Positions 23,154-36,100 of a stretch of DNA of 64,000 nucleotides are shown here, piece after piece; positions within the stretch are counted from its first letter, which is position 1, and the number at the start of each line of letters is the position of its first letter. The stretch spans positions 19,530,001-19,594,000 of the forward strand of contig JBHGNT010000012.1 in assembly GCA_043228905.1 (NCBI GenBank), read 5' to 3'. The DNA is from Azolla caroliniana (Eukaryota; Plantae; Polypodiophyta). Below the pieces are notes generated by a model. The model was not told the origin of the DNA. It ran no database searches and saw only the letters and a program-made list of their open reading frames with translations. Position numbers and translations under genes: made by a program.

Positions 23154-24934
23154 TGTCAAGCAACTCCACGCCAAGGAAGGTAATGGAACAACCAGCCCCT
23201 GTGCCTAAACCCTCAATATCTGCTGCACATTCCAAGGTTCACGGACCATCATTACCAATAACCTATGATTTTTATGATGAGGATGAATGTATGAGAAGGG
23301 CCATTGGAGCAGTGGAACATATGCTCCTACAAACAAATTCCCCAAGCTCCGGTCAACATCAAGAAATAGAGCCCACTAAGAAGAGAAATGCAGTTTCTTT
23401 ACAAATAGAGCCCAGTAAGAAGAGAAATGCTGCAAGAATGTTGTATGGAAACGGCAAGAAAGGCAAAGTTGAATGCAATGGTGAGTCATATAAGTTCTCA
23501 CCTGTCTGGAGCATTGTCAACCTAATCCATTGTCTAATACCATGTACTTGTGTTACTAGCTGATGATGAAATGATATTTGGTGACGGAGATACGAGTCCA
23601 AAACCTGATCATGAAGACGAATTTATCACACTCCCAGGTACACGTCAAAAGCCAGACTTTGAAAACAATGATTTAGCTCATAACAACCCTATTTTTGTTG
23701 TTATTATAGATCATAACAACACTGTTGAGCACCTAGATGTTGTGGAGAAGATGACCGAGCCCACCACTTGCAATGGGGTATCTACAGCTGTACAGTATGA
23801 CGATGTAACATCAAGTAAAAATGTGGCCCTAAACCCTATGTTCATTGTTTGCAAACTTTTGAGTATGTGAGTTCATACCAATATTCTTTGGAATCCCATT
23901 AATTAGGTTTACAAGAGCAGTCTGATTCCCAACTGCAATCAAATGAATCGGGAACTTCATGGAGCATAAGTGCAGAATCAGATTCCCATCAGAGTCAGAA
24001 TCAAATTAACCTTTGCAAGGAGGCAGACTCTGGAAGCACATCTTCCACACATGAGGATTGTGAGAAAAACAAAGCATTCATATGTGAAGAGCAGTTGGCA
24101 TGTACAAACAACACTATGTCTAAAGAAGCCTATGAGTGTGGAAAGAATATGGCAAGTACTGAAGAGAAGATTGAAGCCCATGAAGAGTGTGGAAAGAATA
24201 TGGCAAGTACTGAAGAGAAGACTGATTGTACTGATAATGTGGCAAGTGCTGAAGAGAAGATTGATTGTACTGATAATGTGCTAGTACTATCTAAAGATTC
24301 CCATGAGGATCATGGAAAGAACATTGCTAGTAATGAAGAGGAGCTTGATTGTACTGAGAATGTGCTAGTAGTGTCTTGTGAAGCCCATGAGGATCGTGGA
24401 AAGAACATCGCTTTCCCTGAAGATAAGCCTGATTGTACAGAATCCCATGAGGAGTGTAGAGCGAACAACGTTACTAATGAAGGTGGGCCTGATTGTACTC
24501 AGAGCGAACAACGTTGTCTTAAGAATGAGGTGACATCCATCATACAAGAGGAGTTGACCATGACTACTGCCACGGTCCACATACAGGAGTCTAATAAGAA
24601 CGAGTGTATAGGCATCGGTGATGATGATAGGGCAATAAAGATCGCTAGGAGTACAAGCATTCAGGAGATGAGTGATAATTTGTCTGTCGACAGCACCTTT
24701 GTGGATTTGTGTACAAGCATTGCAGTTGCAGAAAACATAGTTGCTCTCTCAAGCTTGCCACCAGTACAAGGTGCCCGCGCATCCACGCCTGTCTCTGATG
24801 CCTCTGATGATGGAGTGCCACTTAGTCAGCTCATACCTAAAGGCTTTAAGACAAAGAAGAATGTAAAATCAGAAAAATCTGGCACCAACAACAAGCGCAT
24901 TACAAGATCGGCCAAGTTACCCTCTAGTGCCTGA
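23154..24934 (+). CDS. 5'-truncated spliced orphan reading frame (exons 23154-23480, 23560-23814, 23907-24934); acidic protein with HEECGKNMASTEEKIDCTDNV-type repeats
   Basis: GT-AG introns with compatible phases give ~535 stop-free codons ending DDGVPLSQL...KRITRSAKLPSSA*. No recognisable domain. Confidence 0.6.
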
Positions 24935-26089
24935 TTGTCTTTCGATTGTACTTGAACTTTAGTTGTTAGTGATGTCTGAAATTGAACTATTTGGATACCA
25001 AAATACTGTTTCAATTGCCAATGTAAAAAATCCAGTTCATGAATCTGAAATAGTTATACCAGTGTGAAATCAAGTTCATGTTTAAGGATTGCTTCTATAT
25101 TTTGCTCATCAACATATATCAAAAACAATGGGAATATACTTTTTGATCTAAGTATTCTTATTTTACAACGTTTTGTTTCTTTTTTGAGATCATCTCCTAA
25201 TCCTCGCAAAGTCTTTCAGTCTATTGTAGATAAAATGCTTGAAAGTCTTCTTAGCTTGCTAGGAAAATTTAGGTTTTTAGGTGTTGATGATGAGAAACAG
25301 AAAATATCGGGTATCGGGTGTTATTGAAGATATACTGAAGTATAGACTGTTTCATCAATCCCATTTGGACGGTAACCAGAATGTGTGCAAATTGTTGAAG
25401 CAATGTGGGCCATATTTTGATGATATCATCCCAAAGGATGAATCATCCACTAACAGTAGTAAGGAAACACTTACCTTTTTGAGCTATCACAAATTATTGT
25501 TTCAGAAGTTGGATTATTTTGTTAAGGAAAGGAAGGTCTGTACTTTAAAATCCATAGCCTGGATATTCAGGACTTATATACAAGAAGTAAAAACTCAGAT
25601 GGCTTCACAGGACATATCATGAAACAAAAAAGGATTCTGAGAGAATAATTTTCATTGTTGTCTTCACAGAATTCATCGCCCCCTTTGAAAAATGAACTTA
25701 CAGTAGAAAATCTTACAATATTAAAGTCTTTAATGAATTCAACTAACAATCTTCTCTTGGTAGCAAAAGAAGAGCAGATTTATGTGCCAACAGAGGACAC
25801 ACCAACTCTGCAAAACTCCTATGCTCAAATAACATCAGGAAACATGAGCAATATCGGCAATGAAGAAATCCAAATCCTGTTGACAACAACTAATATATTA
25901 TGAAAGATAAGTACAAGTGGTTGAGAGGCATAAACCCTTTGGAAGAAAGACGAAATATATCAATTCATTTGTCAATCATCAAAATTAATAGTGAACTCCA
26001 AGTGGATGTTTTTCAGTTTTCTAGTACAATGTATTGATAGGGTGACTTTCAAGCATTAAATAGAGAGACCTCCCCTAATATGTATTAAT

Positions 26090-27480
26090 AGCAATGCATC
26101 GGATTTCTGTTGAAACTCAGTGATTTTGAACGGAAATCCGATGCAGTGCATCGAATTTCCATTGAAAGTCCTGTTGAAAATGATCTGTTTTCAACGGGAA
26201 TCCGATGCACTGCATTGGATTCCCGTTGAAAGTCCTGTTGAAAATGATCTGTTTTCAACGGGAATCCGATGCACTGCATTGGATTCCCGTTGAAAACACA
26301 TCATTTTAAATGGAGAAAATCACAATTTGTTTATTTTTAACACTTTTTTAGAGAAAAATATAAACAAATAAGAAAATTTGTAAACAAACAAGAAAAAGTG
26401 GACTTTCAATGGAAATCCGATGCAGTGCATCGGATTTCTGTTCAAAATCCATTTTTTTCAATTCCTATATATTTATTTATGATAAAAACAAGAACAATTC
26501 AAAACAAATTCAAAATATCTGAAAAATTGGAAACAAATAAGACAAAATGGATTTTCAATAGAAATCTGATGTAGTGCATCGGATTTCTGTTGAAAACCCA
26601 ATTTTTGCAATTTTTATTTATTTATTTATGGGAAAAAATGAAAAAAATATTTTAAAATATGAAAATTTGGTAACAAATAGCAAAAAGTGGACTTTCAATA
26701 GAAATCCGATGCAATGCATCGGATTTCCTTTGAAATTTCATTTTTTCAATTTCTATATAGTTATTTATGAGAAAATAGACAAACAAAATACCAAAAAAAT
26801 TCTAAAAACTATGAAAATTTGGAAAAAAATAAGAAAAAGTGGATTTTCTACGGAATTCCGATGCAGTGCATCGGATTTCCATTGAAAATCTATTTTTTCA
26901 ATATTTATTTATTTTTTATAGAAAAAATTCAAAAAAAAAAGCAAATTTGGAAAAAAATACGTAAAAGTGGACTTTTAACCAAAATCCGATGCAGTGCATC
27001 GGATTTCCGTTGAAAATCCATTTTTTCAATTTTTATTTATTTTTTATGGGAAAAATAAAACCAAATTCAAAAACAATTCAAAAAATAAGAAAATTTTCAA
27101 AAAAATAAGAGAAATTGGATTTTCAATTGAATCCGATGCACGGAATTGGATTTCCATTGAAATCTAATTTTTCAATTTTTATTTATTTATTTACGAGTAA
27201 AATAAAAAATGTTTATTTATTTATTTATGGGAAAATGTTTTATTTTTTCAATTTGTATTTATTTATGTATTTTCGGGAAATCCATGCAATGTATCATATT
27301 TTAGTCTATGTAGCTAGAATTCAATGCAATGCATTAAAATGCAAGAGTATTTTTTTAATGGAAATTTTTAAACAAATTCCAAGACTTACAGGAATCTGAT
27401 GCATTATATCCAATTCTAGATGTATAGAGTAAAATTCGACATGTTGCGTCAAATCTAAATGGAATGAATCGGATTTCTGT
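26090..27480. repeat. Array of ~45-bp palindromes (TTTCAACGGAAATCCGATGCA-N-TGCATCGGATTTCCGTTGAAA) in AT-rich spacers
   Basis: Centres at about 26146, 26211, 26275, 26425, 26574, 26714, 26866, 26994 and 27141, with decayed copies to ~27480. Confidence 0.92.
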
Positions 27481-28041
27481 ACGACATCAAAGGCTTACTA
27501 TGAGAATTTAAGAAAATTGGAAAACATCTTTAAGACATTTTTTAGATTCTAATGATTTTGGTAGAAAGCTTCTCTCACATAATCTAATCTTGTAAATGGA
27601 AAGTACATAATGAAATATCATAACCAAAAAGTGAGGAGGAAAGATGCATCAAGCACATCTACTCTTACATTGGATAATGTTTATATATTAGTGTATGACT
27701 TATCTTTGACCAAAACAAGTTATCTGTGACAGACCACAATGAAGATACTAAAAGAGGATCTGGAATGTGGCTTCAGACACAACACAAAGACAAACAAGAA
27801 GCATGACTCATAAACTCGATGAGGTTGGATTGCAATTGGATCAACACAATGCATTAGTTGCCATTGATGATGAGGATGAGACCTCATAAACTCGTACTAG
27901 TTCATCTAATGGGTATGAAGATGATGACATAAACTTGAAAAATGATTGTCCTGATACGTTAACTATAAATATTGTATTGCACATCAAGATTTGGATTCAG
28001 AATTTCTATAAATATTGGGGTTAGTCATTTTGGACATTCAT

Positions 28042-31000
28042 TGGTGAACCCGACGTGAAACAAGGTGGTAGAGGAGTTGAAGATGAGGGGATCAGAACTT
28101 GTCGAAGCCATGGCGACAACCATTGATTGGATAATAAGTGCTCGCGAGGGCACTGGCGCCCTCGACAGGGCCATCGAAGTGATTGTTGGCACAATAGGCG
28201 GTTCAGTGGGAAGAACACCACGAGCTATTTAGAGGCCTACCAACCCGAGATGGTGATGAGGGACGTACCGGAGGACGGGCGACTGGCCGGATTCCCTCAG
28301 GTGGCAACGCAGGGCATCCACACAGAGGTGCTCGAGGTACAATTAGGGTGTCGGACCTGGGGAGAATTCGAAGGTCGGCTCCTCGAAAAATAGGGATTTC
28401 ATGGAGTGGGTGGAGACTCTTGGAAAGTGGAGGAACGCGTCGGCGCTCCTCCGCGAGTTTGAGGAATGCTTTGGCCGGCTCTCAGCACTGGACAGGACCG
28501 TGCTTGACACGAGCCATGTCCTATTGTTCATCAAAGCAGTGGACGTGCGGGATCAGGAGCAGGTGGGTCTCCTGCTGGAGACAGATGACGGGCTGACGGC
28601 CGACTGGGCTGTGGTAAAAAGAGTCTGCAGCCATTTCGATAAACGACATGAATGGGGTGACGAGGGTTCGTCGATGGCAAGACCCGTTCCGGCAAGTTTG
28701 AGGACCCTTTGCTGGCACGAAAGGAGGAAACCCGAGATTGGCTTGAGACGGGCTCAACCTTGACCGGCATGGTCAAGGCCATCCGGAGGAGCGGTTCTGG
28801 AAGAGCTGACACAGATGGTGCATGACCTTTAGATCGTGTAGGCCCGAAGAGGCAATGGCGAACCGTCTCACGACTGGAGGCCTCCGGCAGCGTAGCGGTG
28901 CATGTGGTGTGACGTGGTCGGTCACATCCGGAAGGAGTGCGCAGACTTCGTAGAAGCACTCAGGACTAACGTTGTGTACCTATGGAACGGGAGGGTGCAC
29001 ACTAGCAAGACCCGAAAAGCCCTGGAGTTGAATACCGGACGCGACGGAATGAAGCGGCTGATGGAAGAAGCCGTGGCGCGACACGCTGAAGCCATTCACT
29101 ACTCGGCATTGGCCGGAATCCAGGTAGGGAGTGACGACGGTAGCAAAGGGACGAAGGACTCTGGATTTTGGCCATCGGTGGTACGAAGCCTCTCTGGAGT
29201 AAGACTGAGGAAGGAGGAAGCGAACCGCGTAGAGAAGCAGATTCGGGAGGTTACCCGATGGGACGACCCGGTCGAGGAGAAGACCGGTTTCGTAGAAACC
29301 GCATGCCAGAACTACGAGGTTCTGGTGAAGGACAAGAGAGCAGGCAAGGCCGGGGGAGCCGGACCTTCGAAATGGTACGAGACGTGGAGCGGACCGGAGA
29401 AGAATGACTCCGGTAGTTCCGGTCCGCAAGATCGGATGAAGCAAGCCGGTTACCGACTGGGCACCGAGATAGAAAGCTCCTCGAAGAACAAATCCTCGAC
29501 AACAAGGTGGAGATGTCGTTGAGGGAGGTGCTTGGAATTTCAAAGAAGGAGTTCCACGATTCCATCGTGGACTTGGTGAAGCGGAAACGGTTCTCGATAG
29601 AGCTGGAACCGGAGAAACCCGTGGAGGTGCGAACAACGTACCCGGAAGACATGGCCCTGGAAGACGAGTTGGCGGAAAGCCACTCTTCGAGGTTGCACTT
29701 GGCTAGAGCCACTATGGAGACCCCCATTCGGATCGGGGACGTCCAAGAGTCGGTGGTGGCGTTGATAGACCACGGTTCTGAGATCAACCTGATGTCTATG
29801 GACTTCTATAAGAAGGGAAAGTGGCTGATCAACACCAAGCACGGGTGGAAGATACGCACAGTGACGCGCACCACGGAGGAGCTGCGCGGGGCTTGCCCAA
29901 ATGTACGTGTGAAAATCGGCGATGTCGAGATTGACCAACACTTCTTCATGCAAGAGACATCCTCGCACCCGGTGATACTAGGCGAACCGTATATTACGGC
30001 GGCATGCATGGAGACAAAGGTGTTGGATAACGGTTCGGCATACGCACGCATGAAGAACCAAGATGGGCGACACTCCATCCAATTTCTGACAGTGCAACCG
30101 AACCATGAGCGTAACCGCGAGACCCTCGGCGCCGATAGCCGAGGGGATTTTTAGAGAGGGCTATCAAGGCATGGGGCCGCGATAGTCAGGACACCCCGGA
30201 GGAACACCACGCGTGTACCATAGGTAGGACATTTTGGTTCTCCGACAACGGAGGTTGTACGATAACCGGCATTAGCGGCCGGGAAAGGAAGCGGGCAGAG
30301 GAACCTCTCAGGGCGTACGGTGTCCTTGGCCCCGACGAGGAGATAGGCAGCTTCGTGGAGGCAATCTCTTTCGATGACACCTTGGGAGAATTAAGGAAGG
30401 CACTAGAAGAAGGCCTCAGTGAAGACCGGACAATTCCGGTTTGTTCGGAAAGGATGTACGAATCCATTGTTGATTTCAAGAAAAGGGTCTAGTTGGATCA
30501 GACGGCCCGAGTGGATACGAAGTACAAGATTGGACCGGAAGGTGAGGCCAATCACGGCTCCCTTACCGGAGGGCAGCGAGGAACAGATGAAAGGGGTCGT
30601 GTCGGACCCAAGTTTGCGGAATCTAGCCGGCATAGGACACCGGTTCACTAACAAAACGTTACGGGAGCTCAAGGTCGGTGGGGGTGGCTTTCTACTGCCG
30701 GTGGAGGAGGACCGGTTTCGGAGGATGCTCAGGAGGCACGGGAAGGCCTTCACATTCTCACCAAAGGAGATCAGGTGCGTAGACCCGATGATCGTTGAGC
30801 CAATGGTTATCTTCATGGTACTGCATGTGTCGTGAAATCTCAAGCCGATTCCAGTACCTAGAGCTCACATCCCGAAGTTGATGGAGCTGTTGAAGCAGAA
30901 GGTGGAGATGGGCATCCTCGAGCCGTCGAGCGCCCCATATTCGAATTGGTGGTTTACCGTGCCAAAGAAGAACGGCATGTTGCGTTTTATTCAGGCCATG

Positions 31001-32556
31001 CAGCCAGTCAACAAGGTGACCATTCGGAATGCAGGAATCGGGCTGACCATTGATGAGTTCGCGGAAGCCTTCGCCGAAAGGTCAATTTATTCAGTCGGGG
31101 ATCTGTACTCAAGGTAAGACCGATTCCAACTAGCCATAGAGAGCAGGGACATTACGACGATGCGGACCCCTCTCGGCCTAGTGCAGATGTGTACCCTACC
31201 GCAAGGAGGAACCAACTCGGTGGCGCACATGGTGCAAATGTGTACCCTTTCCTCGGTTGTTGAAAAAAGGGCGCAAGTTTGAGTGGAGCGGGGAACATAC
31301 GGTCGGTCTAGAGATTGAAAGAAGCGCTTACCGCGGCACCGACATTCCGAAAAGCGGTTTACGGTAAGGAGGCCCCGATTTACGTGACCGTAGATATGAG
31401 GTCAACTGGGATAGGATGGGTGGTTAACCAAGAGTACAAAAACAGCATGAGGTTCCCCATCTGGTTCGGAGCAAAGGTACTTAGTGAGCGACAGAGAGGA
31501 TACGCCCAAGTTAAACGCGAACTCTGGGGTATCATTTCGGCGGTCAAGGCCGACAAAGACTACTTGATCGGGGCAGAGGTGATAATTGAGATGGACCGCC
31601 TACCAATCCTCGGTATGGTTTCCGGATGCGCGACACTAGGCCTGGCGATGCTCAGGTGGATAGCGTACATTAAGTCCCTGAATCTGGAGATACGGCACAT
31701 CTCCGGGAAGGACAACGCCATGGCCGACATGTTTTCGAGGGCGCGGTTTGATGATGAAGACGGCATGGTTTCGAAGGACGAGGAAGTCGATGTGGACTTC
31801 TTGAAGTCGGCTTATGTGACGACGAGGGAAGGGAGCACCCCGATGCTCAATGAGTTTGACGAGGGCGAGTACAACGGGGAGTGGCTCCAGATCGGTGGGT
31901 TCCTAAAGACAATGACGTCGAACGCGGCGTGGACGAGAGAAGAGGCGGACCAGATCCAAAAGAAAGCGTACCGGTTCTTCCTACAGCATGGAAGCATATG
32001 GAAACACCCGAAGAAGCAAGGCGGCATCCCACTCCGGTAGTGGCGAAGAAGGAAGAGAAGGAGGCGTTGCTAACGGCATATCACGAGAGTCCCTAGGCCG
32101 GACATCACGGGACGTGGGCCACATTCAAAAAGCTGAAGGAGAAGTATTGGTGGCCGGGATTGTACCGGGACATTCATCAGTTCGTAACGACTTGTGAGAG
32201 CTGCCAGATGCATTCCGTGGTCCGACATCGGGACGAGCTACACCTGACTTACCTGCCGACCGTCCACTTCAAGTGGATGGTGGACTTGGTGCTGGCAAGA
32301 GAGGATTTGATGAACCACGTGGAGGGTCAGGCATTGCCGAACAAGACGATTGCAGTCGTGTGCCGGTTCCTAATTGAGGAAGTGGTGTGCCAGTACGGGT
32401 GCATGGGAAAGATCGTGACTGACCGGGGGGAGTTGGATGCGCAGGAAGCCGACAAGCTATTCAGTCGGCTAGGGGTTAAGCTTTCCCTCACTACAACGTA
32501 CAATCCGGAGGCAAACGGGAAGGTAGAGTGCGGGCACGGGCCGATTGTGAAGGCGA
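28042..32556 (+). mobile_element. Degenerate tRNA-Trp-primed Ty3/Gypsy (gag-PR / RT-RH-INT), truncated in integrase
   Basis: PBS TGGTGAACCCGACGTGAA at 28042-28059; CMWCDVVGHIRKEC; ALIDHGSEINLM; WFTVPKKNG..QPVNKVTIR; YAQVKRELWG; CESCQ; YNPEANGKVE. LTRs not identified. Confidence 0.92.
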
Positions 32557-33140
32557 TGTTCACTTCGGCTGGTATCTGGTTCGAACGATCTCAAGTGTTC
32601 GCTTCGGCTTGTACCCGGTTCAGACGGTATCTGGTTCTCAACACGCCCCCTCACGCTCAACTCGGGTTGGTTTCTTTCGGTTGATGTTCGCTTCGGCTGG
32701 TATCCGGTTCGAACAATCTCCAGTGTCCGCTTTGGCTTGTACCTGGTTCATACGGTATCCGGTTCTCAACACGCCCCCTCAAGCTCAACTCGGGTTGGTT
32801 TCTTTTGGTTGATGTTCGCTTTGGCTGGTATCCGATTCAAACGATCTCTAGTGTCTGCTTCGGCTTGTAACTGGTTCAGACAGTATCTGGTTCTCACTTG
32901 TACTCCCCCTCAAGTTTGGCAAGTCAGGGATTGTTAATCCAAGGTATGTTGAGCTTGATTCTCAACACACCCCCTCAAGCTCAACTCGGGTTGGTTTCTT
33001 TCGGTTGATGTTCGCTTCGGCTGGTATCCAGTTCGAATGATCTCCAATGTTCACTTCGGCTTGTAAACAGTTCAGACGGTATCTGGTTCTCGCTTGTACT
33101 CCCCCTCAAGCTTGGCAAGTCAGGGATTGCCAATCCAAGG
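32557..33140 (-). repeat. Tandem reiterations of the Copia 3' UTR + PPT + first bases of the LTR
   Basis: TTGAGGGGG(C/T)G-TGTTGAGAA occurs three times on the minus strand (~32975, ~32775, ~32647); units of ~195, ~180 and 128 bp. Confidence 0.88.
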
Positions 33141-36100
33141 TCTGACATGAATTGTCGAAACTTGTCGGCTCCTAGGGCTTTGGTGAAGATGTCGGTCGTT
33201 TGAAGATTTGTGTTGATGTGTTGAAGGTCGACATCTCCGGTGTGAACACGCTCTCGAATGAAGTGATAGTGGACTTTGATATGCTTTGTGTGTGTGTGGA
33301 ACACCGAGTTCGGAGCCAGATAAATATTGCTCATGTTTTCACACTAGAGGGGAGTCAGATCCTTGATGGGAACGCCCAGATTCTTCAAAATCCTCTTGAG
33401 CCATACGGCTTCACATATAGCTACGGTTGCACCCCTGTATTTGGCCTCCGTACTTGAAAGAGTGACGGTCGGCTGCTTTTTGCTACTCCACGAAATCGCT
33501 CCGCTACCAAGGGAGAAGACAAAACCAGAGGTTGATCGTCGATCGGCTTTCAGGCCGGCCCAGTCGGCATCTGTGTACCATTCGAGTCGAATTGGTGTCA
33601 CTGATTTGTAGAGAATGTCGTAATCCATTGTGCCGCTCACGTATCGTAATACTCGCTTAGCGCAATCAAAATGGATATCTTGCAGAGTATGCATAAAATT
33701 GGCTAAGGAGTCCGACTGGATAGTCGAGTGATCGTGAGATAGATGAGGCTCCCGATCAGTTGACGATATTGAGTCAGCTCGCACTCGTCTGTGCCGGAAT
33801 TGGCATCTATTTTGAGGTTTCAATCGAGAAGGGTTGCCACAGATTTGCACTCAGCCATCCCAAACTTGTATAACAAGTTGAGGATGTAGTGGCGTTAAGA
33901 AATCATAATGCCGGTCAGAATTCGAATTACTTCGATTCCAAGGAAGTAATGGAGCTCCTTCATGTCCATCATCTCAAATTTGCTAGAGAGAAGGGACTTG
34001 ACCTTGTTGATGTCGACTAGACTTTCATCTCCAATGACCAGATCATCTACATATAAGATTATGACAAACGGGCTTCCTGAGTCGTTTCATATGTAGAGGG
34101 AGTTGTCGGATTTCAACATTTGAAAGCTGATTTGATGAAGAGATTGCGTTATCTTCGAATGCCAAGCACGTAGTGCTTGTTTAAGGCCATAAAGAGGCTT
34201 CTTGAGTTGGCAGACGGCTTTCAGATGAATGTTGGATTCGAAGCCGCGTGGTTGTACCATGTACACCTCCTCTTCTAATTCGCCTTGAAGAAAGTTGTTC
34301 TTGACGTCCATCTGGTGGAGATGCCACCCTTTCGCTGATGTGAGTGCGATCACGGTTCGCACAGTCCTCATCTTTCCCACCAGGGCAAATGTCTCTTCGT
34401 AGTCGACTCCATGTGTCTGTGTGTATCCTTTCGCTATGAGTCGAGCTTTGCAGCAATTTACGGAGCCGTCGGCATTATACTTCACCTTGTAAATCCATCT
34501 GCAGCTGATTGCCTTCTTGTGCGGTGACTAGGGAACAAGATCCCATGTCTCATTTTTGGAGAGTGCTTGCATCTCCTCATTCATCGATTCAACCCATCTA
34601 GGGTCCTTTGCGGCTTTGGAAAACGTTTTCGGCTCTCGTACAGTTGCGACCTTCATCATAAAAGCGTAAATATACTCATCGTAGCCGAATCGGCTTACTA
34701 GGTTCTTTTCTCAGGTGGATTGGCGGAGCTTCTTGTTTGTGGATACTAAGGCTTTCTTCACTCCATTTGTCCGGATGTTGAGGCCTTCGAACTAACTATC
34801 GAGGGAGTGAGTCAATTCGTTGCCGTCAAAGTGATCGTCTTCATATTCCGGTATTTTCGCCTTGTCTTTGTCCATCTTCGGACTACACCGAGATGTGTTT
34901 TGGTCGCACGGGAGCTCTTGTGGCCCACTAAGCCTTGTCGTAATCGGACTTTCTTCGAACATGTGTTCGAGTCAATCTCCATCTTCTATCTCTTGTTCGG
35001 CGGATTCAGGCCATGCGAGATCAAACTTGAAGTTGTCTCTAGTGCATACTAGGATGCTGACTCATCGAAAACGACGTACCCCTTTTGCTCCAGTGAGTAT
35101 CCTACGAGGATACATTTCTCAGACTTCGGGTCGAGCATTTGTCACTTCTCATCGGGGATGTGCACGTATGCAATGGAGCCGAATATCCGAACATGTGATA
35201 GATCCAGCTTCTTTCCGAAAAACTTCTCATGCGGGGTAACCTCATGCACTCCAGATCTCGTGCACTGATTTGTGAGGTACACGGCAATATCCACTACTTC
35301 GGCCCAATATGACTTCAGCAGATACTTTTCGTTCATCATGGCCCGTGCTACTTCGAGGATGTGCAGATTCTTTCGTTCAGCTACTCTGTTCAATTGTGGA
35401 GTGTGTCGACATGAAAACTCTCGCCGAATTCCTTCTTTCCTTAGAAAAGCCGAAAATTCGTCAGAGAAGTACTCTTTTCCTCCATCCGACCGAAGACATC
35501 GTACATGTTGGCCCGTGGCTTTCTCGACTTCATTCTTAAATTTTTGGAAGTGTCTGAACAGTTCACTCTTTTACCGCATGGGGTAGATCCATATGTGTCT
35601 GGAGAATTCTTCAATGAAGGCCATGTAGTATCAACATCCACCGAATGTAGTTGTTTGAGTTGGTCCCGACTCCCCATACATTAGAATGAATTACGTCGGG
35701 TACACCTTTGATCACGTTTCTCTCCTTCGGGAACGGGTGTCGATGTTGTTTGCCGAATTGGCAAGCTACACATACGCCTTCAATCTCTTTCTCTTTGAAG
35801 GTCGGGAGTCCGATGATGACTCCTTTCGATTGCATTGCCTTGAGTTTTTGGAGGTTGTTGTGGCCAATCCACTTGTGCCACAACTCTATGTCGGTGTTGG
35901 GTTTGGTACCTTTTGCAAACATGGCCGATTTCATCTCGTGCGAGTCAAGAATGAACATTCGGCCCTCTCTTCGTCCGCAAGTGATGAGTCGACCCTCTAT
36001 TTCGATGACGCAACCGCCTTGGTTGAATCGAACTTGCATCCCTTGCTCAAAAATTTGGCCAACATAGACCAAATTCTTCGTAATGGTAGGTACATGCAAG

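Noticed and set aside
25064-25903. Second gene downstream of the orphan ORF
   Set aside because: Short fragments in different frames with no recognisable motif; cannot be supported without a search.
26090-27480. CRISPR array (palindromic repeats with spacers)
   Set aside because: Spacers are ~100 bp, AT-rich and similar to each other; repeats vary; no cas genes; eukaryotic context.
27500-27960. hAT transposase C-terminal remnant
   Set aside because: Only a vague resemblance; no diagnostic motif could be read.
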